A model generated the notes under the pieces. It was not told the origin of the DNA, searched no databases, and was given only the letters and a program-made list of their open reading frames with translations. Source: Clostridia bacterium (GTDB taxonomy: Bacteria; Bacillota; Clostridia; Oscillospirales; CAG-272). From it: a DNA stretch of 64,000 nucleotides. A program made the position numbers and the translations under genes. Shown here piece after piece: positions 47,379 through 57,585 of this stretch. How positions within the stretch are numbered: the first letter of the stretch is position 1; each line of letters begins with the position of its first letter. The stretch lies in assembly GCA_017473085.1 (NCBI GenBank), contig JAFUNF010000012.1, positions 29,415 to 93,414 on the forward strand, read 5' to 3'.

Positions 47379-48137
47379 CTATATTCTTACTCTTATGTTA
47401 TTTTCCTTAAGCTGTTTTTTTAGCTCCTTAATCTCTACCTCGCCAAAATGGAAGATAGATGCGGCAAGTCCTGCGTCTATGTCGGGAATTTCATTAAACA
47501 GCTCTATAAAATGGTCTATTGACCCAGCTCCTCCTGATGCAATAACAGGCACGCTTACAGCCTCGCAAACAAGCTTTAGAAGTTCAATATCAAAGCCGTT
47601 TTTCACGCCGTCAGTATCAATGGAATTTACAACGATTTCGCCTGCACCAAGCTCCACGCCCTGCTTTATCCAAGAGATTGCCTCAATGCCTGTATTCTCT
47701 CGTCCCCCCTTAGAGAAAACGAGAAACTCGCCATCAACTCGCTTAACATCAACGGACAAAACAACGCATTGGCTTCCGTATTTAAGCGATGCCTCCTTTA
47801 TCAATTGAGGATTTTTAATAGCTCCTGAGTTTACGCTAACCTTGTCAGCGCCACATTTCAAAACTCTGTCAAAGTCGTCAAGGGTATTTATTCCACCACC
47901 AACTGTTAGTGGTATAAATACGTTTTGTGCAACTCTTGTTAAAATGTCGGTAAATAGCCTTCTTTCCTCAAAGGATGCAGTTATATCGTAAAATACAAGC
48001 TCGTCAGCGCCACAGCTTGAATAATACTTAGCCAGCTCCACAGGACAGGAAACGTCGCTAAGTCCTTCAAAATTTACACCCTTAACTACTCTTCCGTTTT
48101 TAACGTCTAAGCAAGGGATTATTCTTTTTGTTATCAT
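47379..48137 (-). CDS. hisF: Imidazole glycerol phosphate synthase cyclase subunit
   Basis: [21 protein letters not shown] and ASGGAG motifs. Confidence 0.97.
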   Translation of the reverse strand: MITKRIIPCLDVKNGRVVKGVNFEGLSDVSCPVELAKYYSSCGADELVFYDITASFEERRLFTDILTRVAQNVFIPLTVGGGINTLDDFDRVLKCGADKVSVNSGAIKNPQLIKEASLKYGSQCVVLSVDVKRVDGEFLVFSKGGRENTGIEAISWIKQGVELGAGEIVVNSIDTDGVKNGFDIELLKLVCEAVSVPVIASGGAGSIDHFIELFNEIPDIDAGLAASIFHFGEVEIKELKKQLKENNIRVRI

Positions 48138-48847
48138 TTTGCTACCTCAATAGCTTCCTTTAGATTTATTGCACCTGTGTAGTATGCTTTGCCGATAATA
48201 GCACCATACATATTCATTTTAGTAAGTGCCAAAACGTCGTCAATTGTAGAAACACCACCTGATGCGATAATATCAAGGGAATATTTTTCGTTTAATGTCT
48301 TATAAAGCTCAAGGTTTGTACCCTTCATAGCTCCGTCCTTGGAAATGTCGGTGCAAATTACTGTTTTAACACCCAAGGTCTCAACCTTGGAAAGAAACTC
48401 CTCAAGGGTATATTGGCTTTTTTCAACCCAGCCCTTAATGGCAATATAGCCATCCTTAACGTCAGCACCTACTGCGATTTTTTCGCCATATTTTGAAATT
48501 GCCTCGGTTAAGAATTTTTCATCGGTTACAGCACTTGTGCCTAAAATCACACGACTTGCACCATTTGACAGGTATTTTTCGATAACCTCAAGAGAACGAA
48601 TACCTCCACCAATTTCAAGGAAAAGGCTTGTTTCCTCAGCTATTCTTTTTACCACATCTATATTAGGGGTGTTACCGTTTTTTGCACCCTCAAGGTCAAC
48701 CACGTGTATGAATTCAGCACCCTGAGCTTCAAAATCCTTAGCGATTTCCCAAGGCTTGTCGCTATAAACAGTAAGCTGATTGTAGTCGCCTTTATAAAGC
48801 CTTACTGCCTTTTTTTCGTATAAATCTATTGCAGGGAAAATTTTCAT
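48134..48847 (-). CDS. hisA: ProFAR isomerase
   Basis: [20 protein letters not shown] and TDISKDG motifs; start ATG 48847. Confidence 0.96.
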   Translation of the reverse strand: MKIFPAIDLYEKKAVRLYKGDYNQLTVYSDKPWEIAKDFEAQGAEFIHVVDLEGAKNGNTPNIDVVKRIAEETSLFLEIGGGIRSLEVIEKYLSNGASRVILGTSAVTDEKFLTEAISKYGEKIAVGADVKDGYIAIKGWVEKSQYTLEEFLSKVETLGVKTVICTDISKDGAMKGTNLELYKTLNEKYSLDIIASGGVSTIDDVLALTKMNMYGAIIGKAYYTGAINLKEAIEVAK

Positions 48848-48864
48848 ATTTTGCTTTATGCTCC

Positions 48865-49473
48865 TTACATTTCGCAAAAGGCTTTCAGAATATTAAGTCC
48901 AATTTCTCCACTTTTTTCAGGGTGGAATTGACAGCCCATTACGTTATCCTTGCCTACTATTGCAGTAAGCTCCTTATCGTATTCCGTTGTTGCAAGAAGG
49001 CTATCCTCACAATCCTTGGCATAAAAGGAGTGAACGAAATACACATAATCACCATCCTTTATGTATTTGAAAAGGGGATGATTTTTCTTAAAAATCAAAG
49101 CGTTGTAGCCTATGTGAGGAATTTTTAAATCCTCTTTTATTACGCCCTTCATTGGCACAACGGAGCCTGAAAGAAGCCCTAAGCCCTCATGCTCTCCAAA
49201 CTCATAGCTTTTTTCAAAAAGCAACTGCATACCAAGGCAAATACCCATAATCGGCTTGCCATTTTTTGCTTCTTCAATAATTACCTTATCAAGTCCTGTG
49301 CTTCTTAGCTTTGCAATTGCATCCTCAAAGGCACCAACACCTGGTAAAAGTATTTTGTCGGCTTTTCTTATTTCCTCTGCATTGCCTGTTACAATTACCT
49401 CGGCACCTATGTAGTTAAAGGAGGATTTTACAGAAAAAAGATTACCAACGCCATAGTCAACTATTGCTATCAT
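48865..49473 (-). CDS. hisH: Imidazole glycerol phosphate synthase glutaminase subunit
   Basis: DYGVGNL, LPGVGAF, GICLGMQ and QFHPEKS motifs. Confidence 0.97.
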   Translation of the reverse strand: MIAIVDYGVGNLFSVKSSFNYIGAEVIVTGNAEEIRKADKILLPGVGAFEDAIAKLRSTGLDKVIIEEAKNGKPIMGICLGMQLLFEKSYEFGEHEGLGLLSGSVVPMKGVIKEDLKIPHIGYNALIFKKNHPLFKYIKDGDYVYFVHSFYAKDCEDSLLATTEYDKELTAIVGKDNVMGCQFHPEKSGEIGLNILKAFCEM

Positions 49474-50060
49474 CAGATTACCCCTTTAGTAGATGGGATT
49501 TCGTCCTTATACTGTGGGTCAATAGCAACAGCCTCTTTCATTACTCTTGCAAATGCCTTAAATGCACCCTCAATAATGTGGTGTGAATTTACGCCTGCAA
49601 GCTGTTTTAGGTGCAAGGTAATGCCTGCCTCTCTTGCTACTGCTACAAAAAATTCCTGTGTAAGCTCTGTATCAAAATCGCCTACTCTGTCGCTTGGAAT
49701 ATCAAGAGAATAGTAAAGTCCACCTCTGCCTGAAATATCAACTGCACAAAGAATAAGGCTTTCGTCCATTGGCAAAATTATATCGCCATAGCGACAAATA
49801 CCCTTTTTGTCGCCCAGAGCATTTTTAATAGCTTGTCCTAAGCTAATGCCGATATCCTCGGTGGTGTGGTGGTAATCGACGTTTACGTCGCCTACGCACT
49901 TTACTGTTAAATCAATTCTGCTATGCTTGGAAAAAAGTGTAAGCATGTGGTCAAGAAAGCCACAGCCTGTATCAATTTGTGACACTCCCTTGCCATCAAG
50001 ACACAGGCTTAGGGAAATATCAGTTTCAGCAGTTTTTCTTTCGATTGTCGCTTTTCTCAT
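49473..50060 (-). CDS. hisB: Imidazoleglycerol-phosphate dehydratase
   Basis: FLDHML, HHTTED, NSHHIIE and PSTKG motifs. Confidence 0.97.
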   Translation of the reverse strand: MRKATIERKTAETDISLSLCLDGKGVSQIDTGCGFLDHMLTLFSKHSRIDLTVKCVGDVNVDYHHTTEDIGISLGQAIKNALGDKKGICRYGDIILPMDESLILCAVDISGRGGLYYSLDIPSDRVGDFDTELTQEFFVAVAREAGITLHLKQLAGVNSHHIIEGAFKAFARVMKEAVAIDPQYKDEIPSTKGVI

Positions 50061-51121
50061 TTTTCTTCCTCCAAAATGCAGATTATTTTCTCTATAAGAA
50101 TATCCATTTGCTCTTTTGTACCTATGGTTATTCTGTTAAAGTCCTTTATTTTTTCCTTTGTGAAGTGACGGACTAAAACTCCTTTTTGCTTTAGCCTTAG
50201 GTAAAGCTCCTCGCCACTTATCTTATCGTTTTTTGCAAATAGGAAATTTGCACTTGAGTTAAGCACCTCAAAGCCTAACTCCTCAAGTCTTTTTTTGGTG
50301 TATTCTCTGTTTTTTGCAATTTCCCTTGCATTGCTCATATAGTATTCGTCGTTGTCAATTGCACACGCACCTGCTACCTGACTAATTCTGTTTACGTTAT
50401 ATGGGTTAGTTGAATACTTGATTGTATTAAGGTCGCTAATAAGCTCAGGGGAGCCTATACCAAAGCCTATTCTTCCACCTGCCATCGAACGAGATTTTGA
50501 AAAGGTCATTGTAACTAATACATTATCGTATTTTTTAACTAACTCAACACAGCTTTCTCCACCAAAATCCACATAAGCCTCGTCAATTATAACTACTCTT
50601 TCGGGGTTTTTCTTAACAAGCTCTTCAATTTCAGCTCTTGAAAGTGCTATGCCTGTTGGTGCGTTAGGGTTTGCAATTACTATGTTTTCTTCAAGGTCAT
50701 AGTAGTCCCTTAGGTCAATTGTAAAATCGTCCTTTAGGGGAACTATTTTGTATGGAATACCATTTAGCTCGGCAAAAACGGAATAAAAGCCATAGGTAAT
50801 ATCTGCAAAGGCTATTCCCCTTTTACTATCACAAAATGCCATAAAGGCAAAGTTTAATATTTCATCGCTTCCGTTAGTAACAAGGACCATATCCTTGCTA
50901 ACACCATATCTGTCTGCGATTTTTTGGGTCAACACGCTACACTCAGGATCAGAATATAGATGTAGCCTTTTCGCCTCTTCCATAACTGCCTCATAAACCT
51001 CTTTTGAGGGTGGGTAGGGGGATTCGTTTGTATTCAGCTTTATATATTTCATATCCTTTGGCTGTTCGCCTGGTGTGTAGGGTGTTAGCCTTGAATATTT
51101 TTGTGAGAAAAATCTACTCAT
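50057..51121 (-). CDS. hisC: Histidinol-phosphate aminotransferase
   Basis: KLNTNE, NGSDE, NPNAPTG, DEAY and TFSKS..AG.R motifs. Confidence 0.96.
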   Translation of the reverse strand: MSRFFSQKYSRLTPYTPGEQPKDMKYIKLNTNESPYPPSKEVYEAVMEEAKRLHLYSDPECSVLTQKIADRYGVSKDMVLVTNGSDEILNFAFMAFCDSKRGIAFADITYGFYSVFAELNGIPYKIVPLKDDFTIDLRDYYDLEENIVIANPNAPTGIALSRAEIEELVKKNPERVVIIDEAYVDFGGESCVELVKKYDNVLVTMTFSKSRSMAGGRIGFGIGSPELISDLNTIKYSTNPYNVNRISQVAGACAIDNDEYYMSNAREIAKNREYTKKRLEELGFEVLNSSANFLFAKNDKISGEELYLRLKQKGVLVRHFTKEKIKDFNRITIGTKEQMDILIEKIICILEEEK

Positions 51122-51150
51122 ATTCCTCTCCTTTCGTAGATTTGCCTTAG

Positions 51151-52434
51151 TTAATTTTCTTCGCCAAAGCGAATTGTTGCACTCTTTGCGTGAGCATGGA
51201 GTCCTTCCTTGTCTGCAAAGGTAGCAATCTTGTTATAAACCTTAGATAGTGCGTCCCTTGTGTAGTAGGTAAATTGAGATTTCTTTACAAAATCATCAAC
51301 GGACAAGGGGGATGAAAACCTTGCACTGCCACTTGTTGGTAATGTATGGTTTGGTCCTGCAAAGTAATCGCCTAATGCCTCAGGACAATACTTACCCATA
51401 AAAATTGAGCCTGCGTGCTTGATTTTGTCTAAATAATCAAAGGGGTTATCTACACAAATTTCAAGATGCTCTGGGGCTATTTCGTTTGCAATATCAATAG
51501 CTAACATTAAATTATTTTCTGCTACTATGATTTTACCATTTTTATCAATAGAATACCTTGCAATCTCTGCTCTTGGTAAAAGTGGAATTTGCTTTTCCAA
51601 TTCCTCTGATACCTTATTTGCAAAATCAAGTGTGTCGGTTACTAAAACTGCACTTGCCATTTTGTCGTGCTCTGCCTGTGAAAGAAGGTCTGCTGCAACA
51701 AAGGCAGGGTTACAGGTTGAATCTGCCACTACCAAAATTTCGCTTGGTCCTGCAATCATATCAATAGATACCTTGCCAAAAACCTGCTTTTTAGCCTCAG
51801 CAACAAAGGCGTTGCCAGGTCCTACAATTTTGTCAACACAAGGGATGCTTTCAGTACCATAAGCAAGAGCGCCAATTGCCTGTGCACCACCAACCTTGAA
51901 AATTCTGTCAACTCCTGCTATTTTAGCAGAGGCAAGAATTGCAGGGTTTACACGACCATCCTTTGATGGAGGGGTTACCATTACAATCTCCTGACAGCCT
52001 GCAATTTTAGCTGGTACGCTATCCATTAAAACTGTTGATGGGTATGCGGCTGTGCCACCTGGCACGTAAAGACCTACCTTTTCAATAGGAGTTACCTTTT
52101 GTCCTGTGATGACACCCTCTTTTTCACTTATGATAAAGCTGTTTCTTACCTGTTTTTTGTGGAATGCTTCGATGTTTTCTTTAGCTTCCTTAACAATTTC
52201 GATAAATTCCTTGTCAACAAGGTTAAATGCCTCGTCGATTTCCTCTTTTGTTACCTCAAGGCTTGTAAGAGTTACCTTATCAAATTTTTCTGCATATTCG
52301 TAAAGTGCCTTGTCGCCATTTTTTCTTACGTTGTAGATAATATCGGCAACGATGTCCTCAACGCCTGCATCAATATTCTCTCGCGCAAAGATTTCACTAT
52401 TTGAAACCTCGCCATACTTATAAATCTTAATCAT
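51151..52434 (-). CDS. hisD: Histidinol dehydrogenase
   Basis: YVPGG, GPGN, AGPSE, QAEHD, APEHL and GDY.AGPNH motifs. Confidence 0.97.
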   Translation of the reverse strand: MIKIYKYGEVSNSEIFARENIDAGVEDIVADIIYNVRKNGDKALYEYAEKFDKVTLTSLEVTKEEIDEAFNLVDKEFIEIVKEAKENIEAFHKKQVRNSFIISEKEGVITGQKVTPIEKVGLYVPGGTAAYPSTVLMDSVPAKIAGCQEIVMVTPPSKDGRVNPAILASAKIAGVDRIFKVGGAQAIGALAYGTESIPCVDKIVGPGNAFVAEAKKQVFGKVSIDMIAGPSEILVVADSTCNPAFVAADLLSQAEHDKMASAVLVTDTLDFANKVSEELEKQIPLLPRAEIARYSIDKNGKIIVAENNLMLAIDIANEIAPEHLEICVDNPFDYLDKIKHAGSIFMGKYCPEALGDYFAGPNHTLPTSGSARFSSPLSVDDFVKKSQFTYYTRDALSKVYNKIATFADKEGLHAHAKSATIRFGEEN

Positions 52435-53056
52435 TTGCTTCTACCTGTGCTTTTAGCTCTTTTGCTATATTTTCAATTTGCTCTGTTTTAAATTTAAAGC
52501 TTGATTTATTAACTATCAGTCTTGCTGAAATTGGCACTATTGTTTCAACAACCTCAAGGTCGTTTTCCTTAAGGGTTGTGCCCGTTTCTACAATATCGAC
52601 AATAACATCGGACAAGTCAAGAATTGGCGCTAACTCAATTGAGCCGTTTAGCTTAATTATATCAATGTCACGACATTTGCCTGCATAATATTTTTTTGCT
52701 ATGTTAGAAAACTTTGTTGCTACACGAAGGGTTGCTACATTATTATCGTGGAAGCCTTTTTTTCCAGCAACTGCCATTCTGCACTTGCCTATATTTAAAT
52801 CAAGCATTTCATAAACGTCAGGCTCATATTCCAAAAGAATATCCTTTCCACACACTCCAATGTCGGCAGCGCCCCTTTCAACGTATATGGAAACGTCAGA
52901 GGGCTTTACCCAGAAAAAGCTAATGCCCTTTTCCTCGTTTTCAAAAATTAGCTTTCTACTATTTTCAAGAATTGAAGGACATTCGTAGCCACTATTTGCA
53001 AACATTTTATAAACCTTTTCACCAAGTCTGCCCTTGGGAAGTGCTACATTTATCAT
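52427..53056 (-). CDS. hisG: ATP phosphoribosyltransferase, short form
   Basis: ALPKGRL, GSIELAP and DIVETGTTL motifs. Confidence 0.97.
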   Translation of the reverse strand: MINVALPKGRLGEKVYKMFANSGYECPSILENSRKLIFENEEKGISFFWVKPSDVSIYVERGAADIGVCGKDILLEYEPDVYEMLDLNIGKCRMAVAGKKGFHDNNVATLRVATKFSNIAKKYYAGKCRDIDIIKLNGSIELAPILDLSDVIVDIVETGTTLKENDLEVVETIVPISARLIVNKSSFKFKTEQIENIAKELKAQVEAND

Positions 53057-53058
53057 TT

Positions 53059-54153
53059 TTAGTCCTCCATTTCCTTTAATTCCTTGTATCTTAGGCTTTT
53101 TGGGATTGACATTTGTACACTTACGGATTTGCCCTGTGCAACTAAGTCCTCAACTGCCCTTTGAATACTTGTTACAGATGTTTTCGGCTTGTGGATAAGC
53201 AACACGTCAACGTCGTATTCCCTACATTCCTTATCAAATGAGGCTAAAAGGTCTGTATAGATAGCAAAGCCTACGCCACCACCTCTTTTGCCCATTTTGG
53301 AAATTAGCTTGTCGTATCTGCCACCAAAAAGAACACACTCACAAACGCCGTTTATATAGCCTGCTAAAACTATACCATTGTAGTAATTCATATCACTTAC
53401 AATTGAAAAATCAAGACGAATATTTTTGTATTCCTTAGTATCCTTCAAAAGCTGACATAGCTGACAAAGCTCCTCTGTTGCGTTTTCGAACTCCTTACTA
53501 ACCTTCATTGCCTTTAGCTTTTCGCAAACGTCACTTGGTGCACCATAAAGCTTTATTAGGTTAGTTAGCATCTTTGTAGCTTCACTGGAAGCTTCATATT
53601 TTTCACAGCACTCCAAAAGCTCATGCTCACTTTTTTTCCTAATACAATCAACCACAAGACTCTTAAACTCACTATCAGTAGTTACAGTATCAAGAAGTGC
53701 TGATAAAATACCCATATGGGAAATTTCCAAAACATAGTCATCTGAAATTAAGCCAAGGCTTTTTGCAGATAGGGACACAACCTCATACATATCGTAAAGG
53801 TCCAGGTCGCCTATGCACTCAAGTCCTGCTTGCATAATTTCCTTGTATTCCCTTGAGCTACCTGATACACGATAAACGTTTTCGTTGTAATAAACCTTGT
53901 TTTTAGTATTCTTTTCCTCGGTTGCATTTTTGATAATAGACAAAGTAACATCAGGCTTTAGGGCAAGTAGCTTTCCGTGAGTATCGGTAAAGGTAATTAC
54001 ACTGTCACTTACCAAAAACTCCTTGTTTCTTGCGTAAAAATCGTATTCCTCAAACTTACTCATTTTAAAGGGCTGATAGCCATATTGAGTATACAGATAG
54101 CGAAGTTTAAAAAGAATTTTTTCTTCATTCTTTAAGCGTTGTTCAAAAATCAC
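53059..54153 (-). CDS. hisZ: ATP phosphoribosyltransferase regulatory subunit
   Basis: LKPDVT, QAGLE, YYNG and GGRYD motifs; precedes short hisG. Confidence 0.9.
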   Translation of the reverse strand: MIFEQRLKNEEKILFKLRYLYTQYGYQPFKMSKFEEYDFYARNKEFLVSDSVITFTDTHGKLLALKPDVTLSIIKNATEEKNTKNKVYYNENVYRVSGSSREYKEIMQAGLECIGDLDLYDMYEVVSLSAKSLGLISDDYVLEISHMGILSALLDTVTTDSEFKSLVVDCIRKKSEHELLECCEKYEASSEATKMLTNLIKLYGAPSDVCEKLKAMKVSKEFENATEELCQLCQLLKDTKEYKNIRLDFSIVSDMNYYNGIVLAGYINGVCECVLFGGRYDKLISKMGKRGGGVGFAIYTDLLASFDKECREYDVDVLLIHKPKTSVTSIQRAVEDLVAQGKSVSVQMSIPKSLRYKELKEMED

Positions 54154-54446
54154 TTTGAGTCCTTCTTTCCTATACGGTCAAGCACCATAGAATATCCACC
54201 CTCGCCATATTCAAGACATCTGTTTACACGACTTATGGTAGCTGTGCTCATACCTGTTTCTTTAGTTATTTCTGCGTAATTTACACCATCTCTTAGCATT
54301 TTAGCTGCCTTCAATCTTTGGGCAATTTCTAAAACCTCCTTGATTGTACAAGCGTCTTCAAAAAATTTATAACACTCTTCAACTGTATTAAGGCTAAGAA
54401 TCGCTTCAAAAAGCTCATCAACCTCTGGTCTGTGCATTTTGCTCAT
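54150..54446 (-). CDS. yerC: YerC/YecD TrpR-like regulator (HisR candidate)
   Basis: EECYKFFED.CT..E...QR and STATISRVNRCL.YG motifs; first gene of the his operon. Confidence 0.88.
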   Translation of the reverse strand: MSKMHRPEVDELFEAILSLNTVEECYKFFEDACTIKEVLEIAQRLKAAKMLRDGVNYAEITKETGMSTATISRVNRCLEYGEGGYSMVLDRIGKKDSK

Positions 54447-54470
54447 TATTCAGTCTCCTTCTAATTCGCG

Positions 54471-54526
54471 CATTTTAGCGCTTTAGTGTACTAAAGTATT
54501 ATAATACTTTTATTTTTAAATGTCAA
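54471..54526 (-). promoter_or_regulatory. his operon promoter with HisR-type operator
   Basis: TTGACA(54526)-17-TATAAT(54503); palindrome CTTTAG-TGTA-CTAAAG at 54481-54496. Confidence 0.75.
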
Positions 54527-54569
54527 TAGTATTTATATAATTAGGGCAATTTTATAAGCGTTATCGCAC

Positions 54570-54598
54570 TTGACAGGTCAAAATGTATGCTCTATAAT
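54570..54598 (+). promoter_or_regulatory. Consensus sigmaA promoter divergent from his
   Basis: TTGACA-17-TATAAT. Confidence 0.65.
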
Positions 54599-54627
54599 TG
54601 AATTAGAAAACGTGAAAGGAGCTAAAT

Positions 54628-54727
54628 ATGAAGCCTAAATAATGAGGTAATTAAAAACGGAAATTTTCTTAACGAGAAAACGATTGCTAAGGAGCTTCTT
54701 GACAAGCTTGAAAATGGTGATATGTAG
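54628..54727 (+). pseudogene. Minigene MKPK* or frameshifted remnant
   Basis: AAAGGAG RBS, ATG AAG CCT AAA TAA; the +1 frame continues NEVIKNGNFLNEKTIAKELLDKLENGDM*. Confidence 0.4.
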
Positions 54728-54762
54728 CACAAAAAAAACAGACACTCTCCCCAATAAAACAG

Positions 54763-54797
54763 AAAAAAACGAGGTTCAAAGTGAACCTCGTTTTTTT
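54763..54797. terminator. Bidirectional terminator
   Basis: AAAAAAACGAGGTTCA-AAG-TGAACCTCGTTTTTTT. Confidence 0.85.
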
Positions 54798-54802
54798 ACG
54801 TT

Positions 54803-55180
54803 TTAGCCTATTTTTGCGATAACCTCAACCTCAACCAAAACGTTTTTTGGAAGAGTCTTTACTGCTACACAGCTTCTTGCTGGCTTTGAGGTAAAGTATT
54901 TACCATAAACCTCGTTAAAGGCAGAAAAGTCGTTCATATCATAAAGAAAGCAAGTAGTTTTTACTGCATTTTCAAAGCTTGTGCCTGCTTCCTCTAATAC
55001 TGCGCCTAAGTTTTTCATAATCTGCTCTGTTTGAGCAACAATGCCCTGTGCATCTACGTTTCCCGTTTCGGGGTTGATTGCAATTTGACCAGAGGTGTAA
55101 ACCATATCGCCACAAACAATTGCTTGGGAGTATGGTCCAATTGCACCTGGTGCTTTATTTGTTGAAATTTTCTTTAACAT
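54803..55180 (-). CDS. ridA: RidA enamine/imine deaminase
   Basis: APGAIGPYSQA, SGQI, KPARS and LP...VEVE motifs; start ATG 55180. Confidence 0.93.
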   Translation of the reverse strand: MLKKISTNKAPGAIGPYSQAIVCGDMVYTSGQIAINPETGNVDAQGIVAQTEQIMKNLGAVLEEAGTSFENAVKTTCFLYDMNDFSAFNEVYGKYFTSKPARSCVAVKTLPKNVLVEVEVIAKIG

Positions 55181-55190
55181 AATATCCTCC

Positions 55191-56384
55191 TTATAATAGC
55201 TTAAAGCCAAAATCGGTAAGTGCCTTTTTAATATCAGCTATATGCTCGAAGTTTCTTGTTTCCAAAACTATTCTTAGATAGCATCCGTTTACATCAGATC
55301 CCTCGTTTGCTCTTTCGTGGTGTACGGAAATTACGTTACCACCCATATCAGCAATAATTCTTGATACATTCTTTAGCTGACCAGGCTTGTCAACAAGCTC
55401 AATCATAAGCTGAGCAGTTCTGCCCGACATCAAAAGGCCACGCTTGATAACTCTTGAAAGAATTGTTACATCAATGTTACCACCAGAAAGCAAGCATACT
55501 ACTTTTTTGCCCTTTATGTCAAGCTTTCCAAACATTGCGGCAGCAACGGAAATTGCACCTGCGCCCTCGGTAACTAACTTGTGTTGCTCCATAAGAGCAA
55601 GAATTGCGGCAGAAATTTCATCGTCGGATACAGTAACTATATCGTCAACATATTTGCTACAAAGCTCGTATGTAAGGTTGCCAGGTGTCTTAACTGCGAT
55701 ACCATCTGCAATTGTAGAAACAGATTGAAGCTGTTCGATTTTACCATTTTTAATTGATTTATACATTGATGGGGCGCCACTTGCCTGTACACCATAAACC
55801 TTAACTCTTGGGTTAAGAGCCTTGATAGTGTAAGCAATTCCTGAAATAAGTCCTCCACCACCAACAGGTACTATCACTGCATCTACATTAGGTAGCTGTT
55901 CAATAATTTCGAGGGCAATTGTGCCTTGACCTGCGATTACGTCCTCATCGTTAAATGGATGGATAAAGGTATAGCCCTCCTTATCACGAAGCTCGAGTGC
56001 TTTGTTATATGCATCATCATATACACCCTCAACAAGACACACCTCTGCTCCGTAGCTTTTTGTTGCCTCAATTTTTGAAATTGGTGCACCATCTGGTAAG
56101 CAGATTACTGCCTTAATACCATTCTTTTGAGCAGAAAGAGCCACACCCTGTGCGTGATTTCCCGCAGAGCAAGCGATTACTCCCTTTGCCTTCTCCTCAG
56201 GAGACAGGGTTGACATTTTGTAATATGAGCCTCTTACCTTAAAGGAGCCTGTTATTTGAAGATTTTCGGTTTTCAAATAAATCTCAGCATCACTTTTTAG
56301 CTTTGGTGCGTAAATTATGTCAGTTTTGCGAATTATGTCCTTAAGGGCATAGCTTGCACGATATACATTGTCAAGCGTCATCAT
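55191..56384 (-). CDS. ilvA: Threonine ammonia-lyase with C-terminal ACT domain
   Basis: ENLQ.TGSFK.RG, SAGNHAQG, GGGGL and SGGNID motifs. Confidence 0.92.
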   Translation of the reverse strand: MMTLDNVYRASYALKDIIRKTDIIYAPKLKSDAEIYLKTENLQITGSFKVRGSYYKMSTLSPEEKAKGVIACSAGNHAQGVALSAQKNGIKAVICLPDGAPISKIEATKSYGAEVCLVEGVYDDAYNKALELRDKEGYTFIHPFNDEDVIAGQGTIALEIIEQLPNVDAVIVPVGGGGLISGIAYTIKALNPRVKVYGVQASGAPSMYKSIKNGKIEQLQSVSTIADGIAVKTPGNLTYELCSKYVDDIVTVSDDEISAAILALMEQHKLVTEGAGAISVAAAMFGKLDIKGKKVVCLLSGGNIDVTILSRVIKRGLLMSGRTAQLMIELVDKPGQLKNVSRIIADMGGNVISVHHERANEGSDVNGCYLRIVLETRNFEHIADIKKALTDFGFKLL

Positions 56385-56400
56385 TTGATATTCCTCTTTT

Positions 56401-57576
56401 CTAAATTAAGCTGTCAATAAATTGCTCAGCACATCTTGGAGAGCGATAGCCACGGCTAAGGGCAAATGCCTCTGCCTTAGTTTCAAGCTCCGTCTTATCC
56501 ATTTTTATGTTATGCTTTTGTGCTAATTGATTTACTATTTCCAAGTAAAGTGCCTTAGGTGGCTTAGCGAATAAAACAGTTAAGCCAAAGCGCTCAGACA
56601 AGGAAATGGTTTCCTGCACTGTGTCGTTTCTATGAACCTCAGTACCTTCTCTGTCGGCAAAGCTTTCCTTCACAATGTGACGGCGATTACTTGTTGCATA
56701 GATAATTGCATTTTTTGCTCTTACAGAGGCAGAGCCCTCAAGGGTTGCCTTTAGCATACTGAAGCAATCATCATTTTGATTAAAGGACAAGTCGTCAATA
56801 AAAATAATAAACTTTAATGGATTTTTGCTTATTTCTCCCATTACCTTAGGCAATAAAAGAAGCTGATTTTTTCTTATTTCAAGAAGCCTTAAGCCACTAT
56901 CAAAGAAATGGTTTGCAATAGCCTTAACTGTTGAGGATTTACCTGTACCTGCATCACCATAAAGAAGCACGTTAGCACCTGGTCTTCCCTCAATAAAGGC
57001 AAGAGTGTTATCTATTACCCTTTGTCTTTCGGCTTGATAACCAACAAAGCTATCAAGGTCGGTTTTATCTGCCGAGGTAACAGGAATTATATTGCTATTT
57101 CCGTCAACTGAAAACATGCAGTTAGAGGCAAATATTCCGTAACCATATTTCTCAATGTTTTCAATACGATTTTCATATTCTCTTTTGAGATTTAGCCTGG
57201 TTGTGTCAAATTCTGGTAGATTATGATTTACCCTTAAATCAAGCTGAAAGGCTTTATTGTTAAGGGTTATAAAATCTGTTAAGGTATTAAGCTCAGAGGA
57301 AAAGGCATTTTTGATGCTTTGTGGCACCTTTTCTCCCTTTGCCTTAGAAACTACGTAAACGTTTTCGTCCTCAAATAGCATTTTTTGGACACAGTGTGCC
57401 AAATTTCCACCATTTTTGTTGATTTCAAAAACAAATTCTCCGTATAGCTTTAGCTTTTCGCTTGTCTTTTCCGCCTCTGCAAACGCCATAAAATCTGCAA
57501 AAAGCTTTTTAGATAAAAGATTTCTAAAAACACAAAATAGGCTAAGGTTTGTATAAAGGTCAGTAATTCTTGACAT
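56401..57576 (-). CDS. DUF815-family AAA+ ATPase
   Basis: GDAGTGKSS, IFIDDLSF, YATSNRRH and SLSERFG motifs. Confidence 0.85.
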   Translation of the reverse strand: MSRITDLYTNLSLFCVFRNLLSKKLFADFMAFAEAEKTSEKLKLYGEFVFEINKNGGNLAHCVQKMLFEDENVYVVSKAKGEKVPQSIKNAFSSELNTLTDFITLNNKAFQLDLRVNHNLPEFDTTRLNLKREYENRIENIEKYGYGIFASNCMFSVDGNSNIIPVTSADKTDLDSFVGYQAERQRVIDNTLAFIEGRPGANVLLYGDAGTGKSSTVKAIANHFFDSGLRLLEIRKNQLLLLPKVMGEISKNPLKFIIFIDDLSFNQNDDCFSMLKATLEGSASVRAKNAIIYATSNRRHIVKESFADREGTEVHRNDTVQETISLSERFGLTVLFAKPPKALYLEIVNQLAQKHNIKMDKTELETKAEAFALSRGYRSPRCAEQFIDSLI

Positions 57577-57585
57577 ATAGCTCCC

